Part shown: one piece after another, positions 53,988 through 63,123 of the stretch
Layout: each line of letters starts with the position of its first letter
How positions within the stretch are numbered: position 1 is the stretch's first letter
Source: an uncultured Arthrobacter sp.
GTDB taxonomy: Bacteria > Actinomycetota > Actinomycetes > Actinomycetales > Micrococcaceae
DNA length: 64,000 bases
NCBI RefSeq assembly: GCF_902805515.1
Contig: NZ_CADCTE010000066.1
Coordinates: 18,114-82,113, forward strand
Reading direction: 5' to 3'
The notes under the pieces: generated by a model
Told to the model about the DNA's origin: nothing
Database searches by the model: none
Seen by the model: only the letters and a program-made list of their open reading frames with translations
Position numbers and translations under genes: made by a program

Positions 53988-55172
53988 TTAGTATCGAATG
54001 GCGTCGATCACCTTGACCCGCACCGCGACGAGGGCCGGGATCAGCCCGGCGAGCGCGCCCACGGCGATGGCGGATCCGACCCCCACGAGTGCGGCGCCGA
54101 TCGGGAAGGGCGGCAGGTCCGTGGCACCGGCCGCCAGCAGCGGCTGGATCCGCGGATGGCTGACGACGGCGACGGAGAGCATGACCCCCGCCACGCCGGC
54201 CACGGAGGTGGCGACGACCGATTCCATCATCACTCCGAAGAAGATCCGGCCCGAGGTCGCCCCGAAGCTCCGCCGGATGCCGATCTCCCGCACCCTGTAC
54301 TTCACGGTCACCATCGAAATATTGAGCAGCCCCACGGCTCCGAGCAGCAGCACGAGCCCAGCGACTCCGCCGATCACGAGGGTGAGGCCGCCGTACGGGT
54401 CGCCCTGAGCGGCGTAGTCCTGGCGGTATACCGAGACGTCGGGACCGAACTGGGCCTGCAGATCGGCGGTGATCCGGGCCGTGAGCTCATCGGCCAGCCC
54501 GGCGGGCACCCACGCCTCCAGCGTCGGTGGGGCGCCCTGGACACCCGCGACCTCCCACCGGTCGGTCTGGTTCTTCAGGAGGTAGGCCTGCGGCTGCGCC
54601 CCGGAGTAGTCGTTGGCGAGGATGCCGACAATGACGGCCTTGACGTTCCGCTCCCCCAGCAGCTCAACGCCCGGGTCGGCGGTGATGTCCGGTGAGCCCA
54701 TCAGGGTGTGGAAGGCTTCATTGACGATCAGTACGGGGGCCAGGCGCTCCGTGTCGGCGTCGGTGAACCAGCGCCCGTCCACCACGTTCATGCGCCGCAT
54801 CGTCCCGTAGTCCGGTTCCACCAGCAGGCTCATGGTGTCGATGCGGCCGGCCGGAGTGCGGATGCCGAGGAAGGTGTCGACCCGCAGGGAGCTGTACTCG
54901 ATGCTGTACCGGTCGACGACCTCCGCGTAGGCCGCCACGACCGCCGACTGGTCGGGCCCGGCCGAGGCGGCGGAGACACCCAGGGTCGCGGCCCGTCCGC
55001 CCATGCGTTCGGAGCTCTGCACCATGCCGGCGGAGGCCATATTGCCCAGGGCCACGACCGAGGTGAGCGCCGCGACCGAGAGCATCACTCCCAGCAGCGC
55101 CAGCAGGACGCGCGTCTTGTGGATGCGCAGCTCCGAGAACGCCTCGAGAACCGCGCCGAGGAGGGCGGTCAT
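53988..55172 (-). CDS. MacB/FtsX-like ABC permease
   Basis: One TM, large extracytoplasmic loop, then 3 TM; IGGVAGLVLLLGAVGLLNISMVTVKYRVREIGIRRSFGA. Confidence 0.88.
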   Translation of the reverse strand: MTALLGAVLEAFSELRIHKTRVLLALLGVMLSVAALTSVVALGNMASAGMVQSSERMGGRAATLGVSAASAGPDQSAVVAAYAEVVDRYSIEYSSLRVDTFLGIRTPAGRIDTMSLLVEPDYGTMRRMNVVDGRWFTDADTERLAPVLIVNEAFHTLMGSPDITADPGVELLGERNVKAVIVGILANDYSGAQPQAYLLKNQTDRWEVAGVQGAPPTLEAWVPAGLADELTARITADLQAQFGPDVSVYRQDYAAQGDPYGGLTLVIGGVAGLVLLLGAVGLLNISMVTVKYRVREIGIRRSFGATSGRIFFGVMMESVVATSVAGVAGVMLSVAVVSHPRIQPLLAAGATDLPPFPIGAALVGVGSAIAVGALAGLIPALVAVRVKVIDAIRY

Positions 55173-55903
55173 GCCGCCGCCGCCTCGGGCCGCAGCACGC
55201 CGGCGTCGAGCCGGTAGTGGCTGCGCGCCCGCACCGCCACGTTGGCGTCGTGGGTGATCGTAACCAGCGCGGCCCCCGACTCCGCCGCGACCTCGTCGAG
55301 CAGTTCCATCACGATGGCTCCGGTCTCGATATCGAGGGCGCCGGTCGGTTCGTCGGCCAGGATCAGTTCGGGGGTGCGCACCAGCGCCCGGGCGATCGCC
55401 ACGCGCTGCTGTTCACCTCCGGAGAGGTTCGAGGGCAGCTCGCGCATCCGGTCGCCCAGGCCCACCCGGTCGAGCATGGCGGCGGCGAGCTTCTCGCGCT
55501 TCCAGAACTGCCGGCCCTCGGCGTAGAGCAGGGGGGTCATCACGTTTTCGAGGGCGGTCCGTCCCGGCAGCAGGTTGAACTGCTGGAAGATGAACCCGAT
55601 GGCGCCCCCGCGCAGCCGTGCCCGGGCGTCTCCCCTGAGGGCGCGGACGTCCATTCCCCGGAAGGACAGGGTGCCTTCGGTGGGGAGGTCGAGGAGCCCG
55701 AGGAGGTTCAGGAGGGTCGACTTTCCCGACCCGGACCGGCCGACGATTGAGAGGGAGTCCGAGGGGTGGATGTCGAGGTCGATGCCGCGCAGGATGTGGA
55801 GTTCCTTTGAGTCGGCGATGCGCACGGTGCGGGTCACCTGCCGGAGGGAGACCAGCGGCGGCCAGGCGGTGCCGGCCGCCGGGACTGCTTCTGGTGCCGT
55901 CAT
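55169..55903 (-). CDS. ABC ATP-binding protein (LolD/MacB type)
   Basis: GRSGSGKST, LSGGEQQRVAIARAL, LADEPTGALD, ITHD. Confidence 0.93.
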   Translation of the reverse strand: MTAPEAVPAAGTAWPPLVSLRQVTRTVRIADSKELHILRGIDLDIHPSDSLSIVGRSGSGKSTLLNLLGLLDLPTEGTLSFRGMDVRALRGDARARLRGGAIGFIFQQFNLLPGRTALENVMTPLLYAEGRQFWKREKLAAAMLDRVGLGDRMRELPSNLSGGEQQRVAIARALVRTPELILADEPTGALDIETGAIVMELLDEVAAESGAALVTITHDANVAVRARSHYRLDAGVLRPEAAAA

Positions 55904-56982
55904 CCCCGGCCCCCCATCTCGGCAGGCTGCATCCCGGGCTGGAGCGGAACGTCGATGCCCGGCACGAACTCAAGGACGTTCTCCCCCTCGGTGAGCCCGG
56001 AGAGGATTTCGACGGTTGAGCCGTCGTTCAGCCCGAGCTCGACCTCGCGCTCCTCCTGCGCCCCTTCGGCGCCGAGCACCCAGACGATGCCCTCGGCGAT
56101 GGAGCCCTGGACGGCCGTCGTGGGTACGGTCATGACGTTCTCGGCCACGCCCGCGCTGAGCTTGATGGATGCCGAGAGCCCCGCGAAGGAGGGAACCTCC
56201 GAGGGGATGCCGCAGGTCAGCTCCCCCGCCGGCGCCGACCCGTCGTCACCGGCCGCGGGTAGGCCTTCCCCTCCCATCGGCCCGGCCATGGCCGTGCGCT
56301 CCGAGGCGGGCGGCGTGCCGCCGGCCTCCGGTTCCGGATCCCCGATCTGCGGGTCCTTGCAGGTGAAGGGGGCGGACCCGCCGGCGATGGTGATGACGGC
56401 CGAGGAGGGCCGGTCGAGCAGCCGGAACTGCTGGGCGGCGGTGAGGGTGCCGGCGACGTGATAGGTGCCCGGGCTGACCGAGCCGAGGGACTGCCCGATG
56501 GAGACACCCTCCCCGATCAGCGGCGGGAAGGAGGTCAGGGTGCCCGAGGCCGGGGCGGTGATGTCGAAGTACTCATAGACGGGCTCCGGTGCCGGGACCG
56601 GGACGCCGGAGTCCTCCCCCTCCCCTTCGGTGTCCGCGGGAGTCTGGGGCTGGACCTCGGCAGGGGTGCGGACCTGGAACAGCGGATCGCCCGCCGCCAC
56701 CTCCCGCCCCTCCTCGGCGAACAGGTACACGACCTCGCCGGCCGCGGTCGACCGGATGGACACCCCTTCATCGGCAGCCACCGTGCCGGTGAGTTCCACG
56801 GTGTTGGCCACGGTTCCCCGGGTGACGGGCACCGTGGGGGTCAGCACCTCCGCGGCGGGAAACCCGCTGGAGGGCGGCGGTTCGGCCGCGGAGAAGAAGG
56901 CCATCTTGACGAGCGCCGCGGCGATGATCAGGAAGACGAGAAGCCAGGCGGCCGGAAAAACCGCGCGACGAAGTACAGCCAT
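55900..56982 (-). CDS. Membrane fusion / periplasmic adaptor-like protein
   Basis: N-terminal TM, VTRGTVANTVELTGTV, biotinyl-like GREVAAGDPLF, VPTTAV, VELGLNDG..VEILSGLTEGE. Confidence 0.8.
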   Translation of the reverse strand: MAVLRRAVFPAAWLLVFLIIAAALVKMAFFSAAEPPPSSGFPAAEVLTPTVPVTRGTVANTVELTGTVAADEGVSIRSTAAGEVVYLFAEEGREVAAGDPLFQVRTPAEVQPQTPADTEGEGEDSGVPVPAPEPVYEYFDITAPASGTLTSFPPLIGEGVSIGQSLGSVSPGTYHVAGTLTAAQQFRLLDRPSSAVITIAGGSAPFTCKDPQIGDPEPEAGGTPPASERTAMAGPMGGEGLPAAGDDGSAPAGELTCGIPSEVPSFAGLSASIKLSAGVAENVMTVPTTAVQGSIAEGIVWVLGAEGAQEEREVELGLNDGSTVEILSGLTEGENVLEFVPGIDVPLQPGMQPAEMGGRG

Positions 56983-57167
56983 GTATTTCCCCCATTACAG
57001 ATGTGTTTGCCCCGGGGCCGCGCACGCGGCCCCGGATCCCGCCAAGCGTAGACGGGAGCGGAAGGACTCTCCGCGGGGACACATCGGAAGCCGGGCGCCA
57101 ATTCGGTGACGATTCGGCAACGGACCTGCGCCACCCGGGCAGCAGACGGGTCTGGTAGAAATAGCTC

Positions 57168-58112
57168 GTGGACGAAACAGCTGTGGCCCCGGAGCCACCG
57201 GGCATCTTCGTGCCGGCCTTCCGGCACCCCGTCCACGCCTTCGGGTCCCGGATCCTGGATTTCGACCGGCAGGTGGCCCTGATGGCCATCATCAACCGGA
57301 CCCCGGATTCGTTCTACGACTCGGGCCGCACCTTCGCCCTTGAGGCCGCCACGAAGGCCTCCCTGGCCGCCGTGGCCGAGGGAGCCGACTGGATCGACAT
57401 CGGCGGCGCGCCCTTTGCGCCCGGAGAGCCGATCCCGGAGGCCGAGGAGGCCGACCGGATCGTTCCCGTGATCGCCGCCGTGCGCGCGGCGGGCGACGTC
57501 ATCATCTCCGCCGACACCTTCCACCCCTCGGTGGCGGCCGCGGCCCTGGCGGCGGGCGCCAACGTCGTCAACGACACGACGGGGCTGCGCAACCCGGACC
57601 TCGCCGCGGTGGTGGCGGACGCGGGCGCCCACCTGGTCATCACGCACAGCCTCGCCGAGCCCCGCACGGCGTACCCCCGGCCCCGCTACGACGACGTGGC
57701 CCGGGAGGTTGCGGACTTCCTGCTGCGCCGGGTCGACCTCGCGGTCTCCCTGGGCGTCCCCGAGGAGCGCATCCTGCTCGACCCCGGGCACGACCTCAAC
57801 AAGAACACCCTGCAGTCGCTGGAAATCACCCGGCGCTTCGCCGAGATCGCCGGGCTCGGATTCCCGACCCTGGCCGCCGTCTCGAACAAGGACTTCATCG
57901 GCGAGACCCTCGGCCTCCCCAAGGAGTCGCGGACGGAGGGATCCCTGGCGGCGGCGGTGATCTGCATCCTCGGCGGGGCGCGGATCGTGAGGATGCACAA
58001 TGTCGCCGCGGCCCGTTCGGCCCTGCGCCTGACCGAGGCCGTCCTGGGCTTCCGGCCTCCGGCCTACCTCCGGCACAACATGGGCGAACGGAACGGCTCC
58101 GACGGGCGATGA
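57168..58112 (+). CDS. folP: Dihydropteroate synthase family (FolP2-like)
   Basis: MAIINRTPDSFYDSG, IDIGG, ISADT, VNDTTG, LLDPGHDLNKNT, VSNKDFIGE, RMHNV. Confidence 0.88.
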   Translation: MDETAVAPEPPGIFVPAFRHPVHAFGSRILDFDRQVALMAIINRTPDSFYDSGRTFALEAATKASLAAVAEGADWIDIGGAPFAPGEPIPEAEEADRIVPVIAAVRAAGDVIISADTFHPSVAAAALAAGANVVNDTTGLRNPDLAAVVADAGAHLVITHSLAEPRTAYPRPRYDDVAREVADFLLRRVDLAVSLGVPEERILLDPGHDLNKNTLQSLEITRRFAEIAGLGFPTLAAVSNKDFIGETLGLPKESRTEGSLAAAVICILGGARIVRMHNVAAARSALRLTEAVLGFRPPAYLRHNMGERNGSDGR

Positions 58113-58849
58113 TCACCTCCCTGCTCCCCGCCGCGCCCGGTCCGCTCACCGAGGCGGACCTGCTGGCCGAATACGCGTATCCGCCCTCCCCGGGCCCCTT
58201 CGTCCGGTTCAACTTCATCGCGTCGGCCGACGGTGCCGCGTCCGTCGCCGGCCGCTCCGGAGGGCTGGGCAACGACGGGGACCGGCTGATCTTCGCCCTC
58301 CTGCGGCGGCTCGCCGACGTGATTCTCGTAGGCGCAGGCACTGTCCGCGCCGAGGGCTACGAAGGCGAGCTGATCGATCCGGACGCCCGGGCCGCGCGCC
58401 GCGCGTCGGGCCGGGCGGGCCATCCCGCCGTCGCCGTCATCTCCGGTTCGCTCGATCTCGACCCCGCCTCGGGCTTCTTCGCCGCGCCGCCGGTGCGTCC
58501 CCTGATCTTCACCACCACCGCTGCCGACCCCGGCCGGCGCCGCGCCCTGGAGCGGGTTGCCGACGTCGTTGACTGCGGTGACTCGGCGGTGGACCCTGCC
58601 CGGGCGGTGCGGCACCTGGCCGGGCGCGGGCTGGGGCGCGTGCTGTGCGAGGGCGGACCCGCCGTCCTGGCCTCCTTCACCGCGGCCGGCTTGGTCGACG
58701 AGCTGTGCCTGTCGCTGAGCCCGCTCCTCGCCGGCGGGGAGGGGCCGCGCATCTCCAGCGGCACGGGCCCGCAGCAGCCGGCGCCGCTGCGGCTCGTGTC
58801 GCTGCTGCATGAGGAATCGGCGCTCTATGCGCGGTACGTTCGACGCTGA
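58109..58849 (+). CDS. RibD C-terminal / pyrimidine-reductase (DHFR-like fold) protein
   Basis: VRFNFIASADG, LRRLADVILVGAGTVRAEGY, LCEGGP, VDELCLSLSP; ATGA coupling to folP. Confidence 0.85.
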   Translation: MITSLLPAAPGPLTEADLLAEYAYPPSPGPFVRFNFIASADGAASVAGRSGGLGNDGDRLIFALLRRLADVILVGAGTVRAEGYEGELIDPDARAARRASGRAGHPAVAVISGSLDLDPASGFFAAPPVRPLIFTTTAADPGRRRALERVADVVDCGDSAVDPARAVRHLAGRGLGRVLCEGGPAVLASFTAAGLVDELCLSLSPLLAGGEGPRISSGTGPQQPAPLRLVSLLHEESALYARYVRR

Positions 58850-58950
58850 GGTTCCCTCCGGCGCCCGCGCGGCGCCGGGGGAAGCACCGGGCGGGGCCCC
58901 GCCCGGCCCGGTGTACGAAGTTCCGGAGTTTCCCCAATGAAAGGCGTGCG

Positions 58951-59898
58951 ATGCCCGAGCGGTCGGACCCGTCCTACTACGACATCCTGGGCATAGCTCC
59001 GGGTGCCACACCCAAGCAGGTCAAGGACGCCTACCGCCGTGCCGCGCGGAAGGCCCACCCCGACCTTGGGGGCAGCGAGGAACTGTTCCATTCGGTGGCC
59101 GTCGCCTACGAGACCCTCTCCGATCCGGCGCGGCGCGAACAGTACGACAAACGCGGGCGCTTCGGCGGACGGCGCGACGAGGCCTCCGGGTCCCGCACCT
59201 TTGGCGCCGGCATGCGTCCGGCCGCCGGCTCCGGAGCCAGGGACGACGGCGTCTCCTCCCGCCCGCCCGTCTACCTCCCGCCGTTCTCCCCGGACCAGCC
59301 CCCCGTGCTGCCCCTGGTACTCGCCGGCCGGCAGTCGCACGGCGCCGCGCGCCAGCCCGGGCTGATTGCGCGGCTCGGCGCGGAGGCGCGGTCCCGGCTT
59401 GACGGGGAGCTGCGCACCGCGGCCCTGGTGGAGGCAACCGTGCTCGAGGGGTACCCGGCGGCACGGCTCGTCAACGGCCTCGTGTTCCCCAACCGGGCCC
59501 GGACGGCGGCCGGCCACGTCGTGCTCGCCGGGTACCGGATCGCCGTGATCGATTCGTTCACCGCATCGCCCGGGAACTTCAGCTGGGACGGGCGTTCCCT
59601 GCGCCACCAGGGGCGCCCGGTGCCGCTGCGCATGCCCGCGACGGTCCGGGAGGTCCAGGAACTCTTCCCCGAATGCAACGTCACCGGCTGGGTGCTGATC
59701 CACGGGGCCCGCAACAACCCGTTCGACCCCGTCATCGACACCCCGCCGGGGTTTGACCGCTCGGCGCCCGCGCTGGTGCAGGTGGTCAACGCCGGGACCG
59801 CGGCCCGCACGCTCAAGGCGTTCCTGGCCGGCGGACCCCAGGCCAATACGGTTCAGCTTCCGGTGCTGGGGCGGCTGCTTTCGGCGGCCGGGAGCTAG
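58951..59898 (+). CDS. J-domain protein with C-terminal NERD-like domain
   Basis: YYDILGI...AYRRAARKAHPDLGG J domain with intact HPD; C-terminal GELRTA..L / GHVVL..IAVIDS pattern. Confidence 0.75.
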   Translation: MPERSDPSYYDILGIAPGATPKQVKDAYRRAARKAHPDLGGSEELFHSVAVAYETLSDPARREQYDKRGRFGGRRDEASGSRTFGAGMRPAAGSGARDDGVSSRPPVYLPPFSPDQPPVLPLVLAGRQSHGAARQPGLIARLGAEARSRLDGELRTAALVEATVLEGYPAARLVNGLVFPNRARTAAGHVVLAGYRIAVIDSFTASPGNFSWDGRSLRHQGRPVPLRMPATVREVQELFPECNVTGWVLIHGARNNPFDPVIDTPPGFDRSAPALVQVVNAGTAARTLKAFLAGGPQANTVQLPVLGRLLSAAGS

Positions 59899-59907
59899 GA
59901 TGGAGCG

Positions 59908-60375
59908 GTGTTCCGTATCCTCTTCCACTCCCCCGAAATTCCGGGCAACACCGGCAACGCGATCCGCCTTGCGGCGGTAGCCGGAGCCGAACTCCACCTG
60001 GTGGAGCCCCTCGGGTTCAGCCTCGAGGATTCGAAGCTGCGCCGGGCGGGCCTGGACTACCACGACCTGGCGGTCCTGCGCGTCCATGCCGACCTCGAAT
60101 CCGCCTGGCGGGCGCTCGCCCCCGAAAGGGTGTACGCGTTCACCGCCGAGGGGGACGTTTCGTACACCGACATCAGCTACCGGCCCTCGGACGTGCTCCT
60201 GTTCGGCCCGGAATCGGTGGGCCTGCCCGAGGCGGTCAAGCAGGACCCGCACGTCACCGCGAGGGTCCGCCTGCCGATGCTCCCCTCGCGGCGCTCGCTC
60301 AACCTGGCCAATACCGCCTCGATCGCCCTCTACGAGGCCTGGCGCCAGCATGGCTTCGCCGGCGCCGACCGCTGA
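59908..60375 (+). CDS. trmL: tRNA (cytidine/uridine-34 2'-O)-methyltransferase TrmL
   Basis: PEIPGNTGN, LRRAGLDY, FGPESVG, RSLNLAN SPOUT motifs. Confidence 0.93.
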   Translation: MFRILFHSPEIPGNTGNAIRLAAVAGAELHLVEPLGFSLEDSKLRRAGLDYHDLAVLRVHADLESAWRALAPERVYAFTAEGDVSYTDISYRPSDVLLFGPESVGLPEAVKQDPHVTARVRLPMLPSRRSLNLANTASIALYEAWRQHGFAGADR

Positions 60376-60395
60376 CCCACCCTAGGAGCCCGCAG

Positions 60396-61217
60396 ATGAC
60401 CCCACGCCACGCCTCAGCCCTCCCGGACCAGGGGGCCGAGGACTTCGAACTGCTGGCTCCCGCCCTGTGGAACCCGATCGCCAACGCGGTGGTCGCCGCC
60501 GCCGACGTGCATCTCGGTGAGCGGGTGCTCGATGCCTGGGCCGGCACCGGCGCCGGCACCATCCCCGCGGCCCAGCTCTGCGGGCCGGACGGGACCGTGG
60601 ACGCCGTCGACCCGTCGGCGGCAATGCTCGACCTGGCACGGGCCAAGGCCGAGGCGCTGAATCTCGAGAACATCCGTTTCAGCGTCGGCGACCCCGCACA
60701 CTGGACCGCGGGTCCCTACGACGCCGTCCTCTGCTGCTACGGGCTCTTCCTCGTCCCGGATATGGCCGCGACGACCACCCGGATGGCCTCCCTCCTGCAC
60801 CCCGGCGGGCGCCTCGCCCTGAGCACCTGGAACGAGGGCGCCCTCGAGGGGTTCGAGGCGATCCTTCTCGAGGCCTGTGCCGCAGAGCGGGCCCCCGCGC
60901 TTCCCCAGACCCGCCCGGACTTCACCGCCAACTGGGAGAAGCTGGCATCCGAGGAGAAGCTGGTGGACTGGCTGGCCGCCCACGGATTCGGGGAGGCGGA
61001 GGTCCAGGCGGTGTCGCTGTCGGTTCCCCTCGAACCCGGAATGGCCTGGTCGCTGGTGCTCGGCAGCGGCTACCGCACGGTGCTCCCCGAAGCACCGGAC
61101 CTGCGCGGGCGGATCCGCGACCGGTTCGCCACCCTGCTTGGCGAGGACTTCGTGCTGAACGCCGATTCCCTCGTCGCCACGGCCCGCGTCGGGGAGCCGG
61201 AGCGGCCTTCGGCCTGA
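60396..61217 (+). CDS. Class I SAM-dependent methyltransferase
   Basis: VLDAWAGTG, AVDPSAAML, YDAVLCCYGLF, LHPGGRL. Confidence 0.85.
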   Translation: MTPRHASALPDQGAEDFELLAPALWNPIANAVVAAADVHLGERVLDAWAGTGAGTIPAAQLCGPDGTVDAVDPSAAMLDLARAKAEALNLENIRFSVGDPAHWTAGPYDAVLCCYGLFLVPDMAATTTRMASLLHPGGRLALSTWNEGALEGFEAILLEACAAERAPALPQTRPDFTANWEKLASEEKLVDWLAAHGFGEAEVQAVSLSVPLEPGMAWSLVLGSGYRTVLPEAPDLRGRIRDRFATLLGEDFVLNADSLVATARVGEPERPSA

Positions 61218-61266
61218 CGAGCCCACCCGACCCGCCGTTCCCGCCGCGCCGCATCCCCGGATCGGC

Positions 61267-61293
61267 CCATCCGGAACCGGCGCGGCTCCGAAT
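61267..61293 (+). promoter_or_regulatory. Candidate SigK-type autoregulatory promoter
   Basis: CCATCC-N15-CCGAAT, matching my recollection of the mycobacterial SigK consensus; upstream of sigK. Confidence 0.6.
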
Positions 61294-61499
61294 CCCTTCT
61301 AGAAACGCTCCGGGCCGCAGTGGACGGCGGCCCGGAGCGCGACCCGCGCCAACGGCGCGGGCGCAGCTGACAGGGTTTCCGGAGCACATTAAGGGCGGTG
61401 AAGTGGGTGAATCGGGTCTCGGAACGGCTGCATGCGGCACTCCTCCCCTCTTCAAGGGATGTTCGGCACCGGCCGGTTGGCGCTCTATGCTTGGACCCT

Positions 61500-62129
61500 A
61501 TGGACACGCCACGAGTAAGCCGGGCCACAGCCGGGAGAACCCCAGCGGGTGGACTGGCCGATGATGCTGCCGCCGGCACCGCCGGCGAGCCCACGCTGAC
61601 CGACCTCCTGCTGCGGATTGCCCGGCAGGACCAGGAGGCGTTTGCCGCGTTCTACGCCCAGACCTCCCGGCGTGTCTACGGGCTGGCCCGGCGGGTCCTG
61701 ATCGACCCGGAACTGAGCGAGGACGCAACCCAGGAGGTCTACCTCCAGGTCTGGAACAGCGCCGGCCGGTTCGATCCGGCTGCCGGCAGTCCGATGGCCT
61801 GGCTGATGACCCTGGCCCACCGGCGGGCCGTGGACAAGGTCCGGTCCGAGCAGAGCTCGACCGACCGGGAAGCTCGGTATGGCGCTGCCACCCAGACCAT
61901 CGATCACGACGACGTCGTTGACACCGTGACCCAGCGGCTCGAGGCCGAGACCGTGGTGAAGTGCCTCGACACCCTCACAGACACCCAACAGGAATCTGTC
62001 AGGCTCGCCTACTACGGTGGACTGACCTACCGCGAAGTCGCAGAGAAGCTCGGGGTTGCGGTACCCACCATCAAGTCGAGGATCCGGGACGGCTTGCTGC
62101 GCCTCAAGGCATGCCTGGGGGTGAGCTGA
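61500..62129 (+). CDS. sigK: ECF sigma factor SigK
   Basis: AFAAFYAQTSRRVYGLA, EDATQEVYLQVW, WLMTLAHRRAVDKVRS, LAYYGGLTYREVA, TIKSRIRDGL. Confidence 0.92.
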   Translation: MDTPRVSRATAGRTPAGGLADDAAAGTAGEPTLTDLLLRIARQDQEAFAAFYAQTSRRVYGLARRVLIDPELSEDATQEVYLQVWNSAGRFDPAAGSPMAWLMTLAHRRAVDKVRSEQSSTDREARYGAATQTIDHDDVVDTVTQRLEAETVVKCLDTLTDTQQESVRLAYYGGLTYREVAEKLGVAVPTIKSRIRDGLLRLKACLGVS

Positions 62130-62144
62130 TTGCAGGACAAGGAC

Positions 62145-63014
62145 ATGAACAGACAATTCGCAGAAGATCTCCAGCAGGACCTCCAACGCGGGCACGTGCT
62201 CGAGTGGGCCGAAATGTATGCCCTGGACGCCGTGACCGACGACGAGCGCGCCGCGATCGAGGAGTTCCTCGCCCGCAATGACGGCCTCCGGCAGGCCTTC
62301 AACGATCGGGTCCGCTCGAACCGCGAGACGATCACCACGGCGTATGCCATCCAGGAGGAGGAGCCCCCGGCCGGACTGCTCGAGAAAATCCTGAGCCAGA
62401 TTCCCGCCTCCGCACCGGCCGGCATCGACGGCACAGGCGGCGGCACTGAAGCACCGGCAGGGGACCCCGCCGGCGCCGCTGCGGCGGGAACCGCCGCCAC
62501 CGCTCCGGGCGGCGCGTCAGCGGCCGGCGACGAACTCGCCCGTCGGCGCCGCACGAAGGGGATGTGGGCCTCCCCCGCCACCCGCTGGCTGACCGCGGCG
62601 GCGGCGGCGGTGCTGGTCGCGGCAGGGGGTGTCACCGTGGCGCAGAACCTCGGGCAGACCTCCATTGAGCAGGAGGTCCTCCAGGCCTCCGACGTCGTCA
62701 CCGGCTCCTACGTGATTCCCGCCGGCGGCACCGCAGGTCTGGCCCTGTCCGAGGAGGAAGACGCCGCGGTGGTGACGCTGAAGGGCGTCCCCGCCCCGCC
62801 CGAAGGCTCCGTGTACCAGATGTGGCGGCTTCCCGCGGACGGGTCGGCACCCGTCTCGGTCAGCACGATGGACGCCGAGGACGTCGCCGGCACGAAGGTG
62901 ACCGAGGTCGAGGGGATCAGTTCCTTCAGGGGCATCGCCATCACCGTCGAGCCCGACGGCGGGTCGCCGGTTCCCACCACGCCCGTCATCGCGGAGATCC
63001 CCTTCCGCACCTGA
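62145..63014 (+). CDS. rskA: Anti-sigma-K factor RskA
   Basis: YALDAVTDDERAAIE N-terminus, single TM, YQMW..., AITVEPDGGSPVPT; follows sigK. Confidence 0.88.
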   Translation: MNRQFAEDLQQDLQRGHVLEWAEMYALDAVTDDERAAIEEFLARNDGLRQAFNDRVRSNRETITTAYAIQEEEPPAGLLEKILSQIPASAPAGIDGTGGGTEAPAGDPAGAAAAGTAATAPGGASAAGDELARRRRTKGMWASPATRWLTAAAAAVLVAAGGVTVAQNLGQTSIEQEVLQASDVVTGSYVIPAGGTAGLALSEEEDAAVVTLKGVPAPPEGSVYQMWRLPADGSAPVSVSTMDAEDVAGTKVTEVEGISSFRGIAITVEPDGGSPVPTTPVIAEIPFRT

Positions 63015-63065
63015 GCGCCGGGCCGGGGCGTCCGGACCTGACAGAGCACACCTGACAGAAGGGGA

Positions 63066-63097
63066 CAAAGGGGCCCGGTAAACACCGGGCCCCTTTG
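63066..63097. terminator. Bidirectional terminator between rskA and the PIG-L gene
   Basis: CAAAGGGGCCCGGT-AAAC-ACCGGGCCCCTTTG perfect 14-bp stem. Confidence 0.85.
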
Positions 63098-63123
63098 CTT
63101 GTGTAGTTCTTGTGGGTGCCGGG

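Noticed and set aside
63037-63059. CCTGACAGA direct repeat after rskA
   Set aside because: Two 9-bp copies in a 3' region beside a terminator; likely local slippage.
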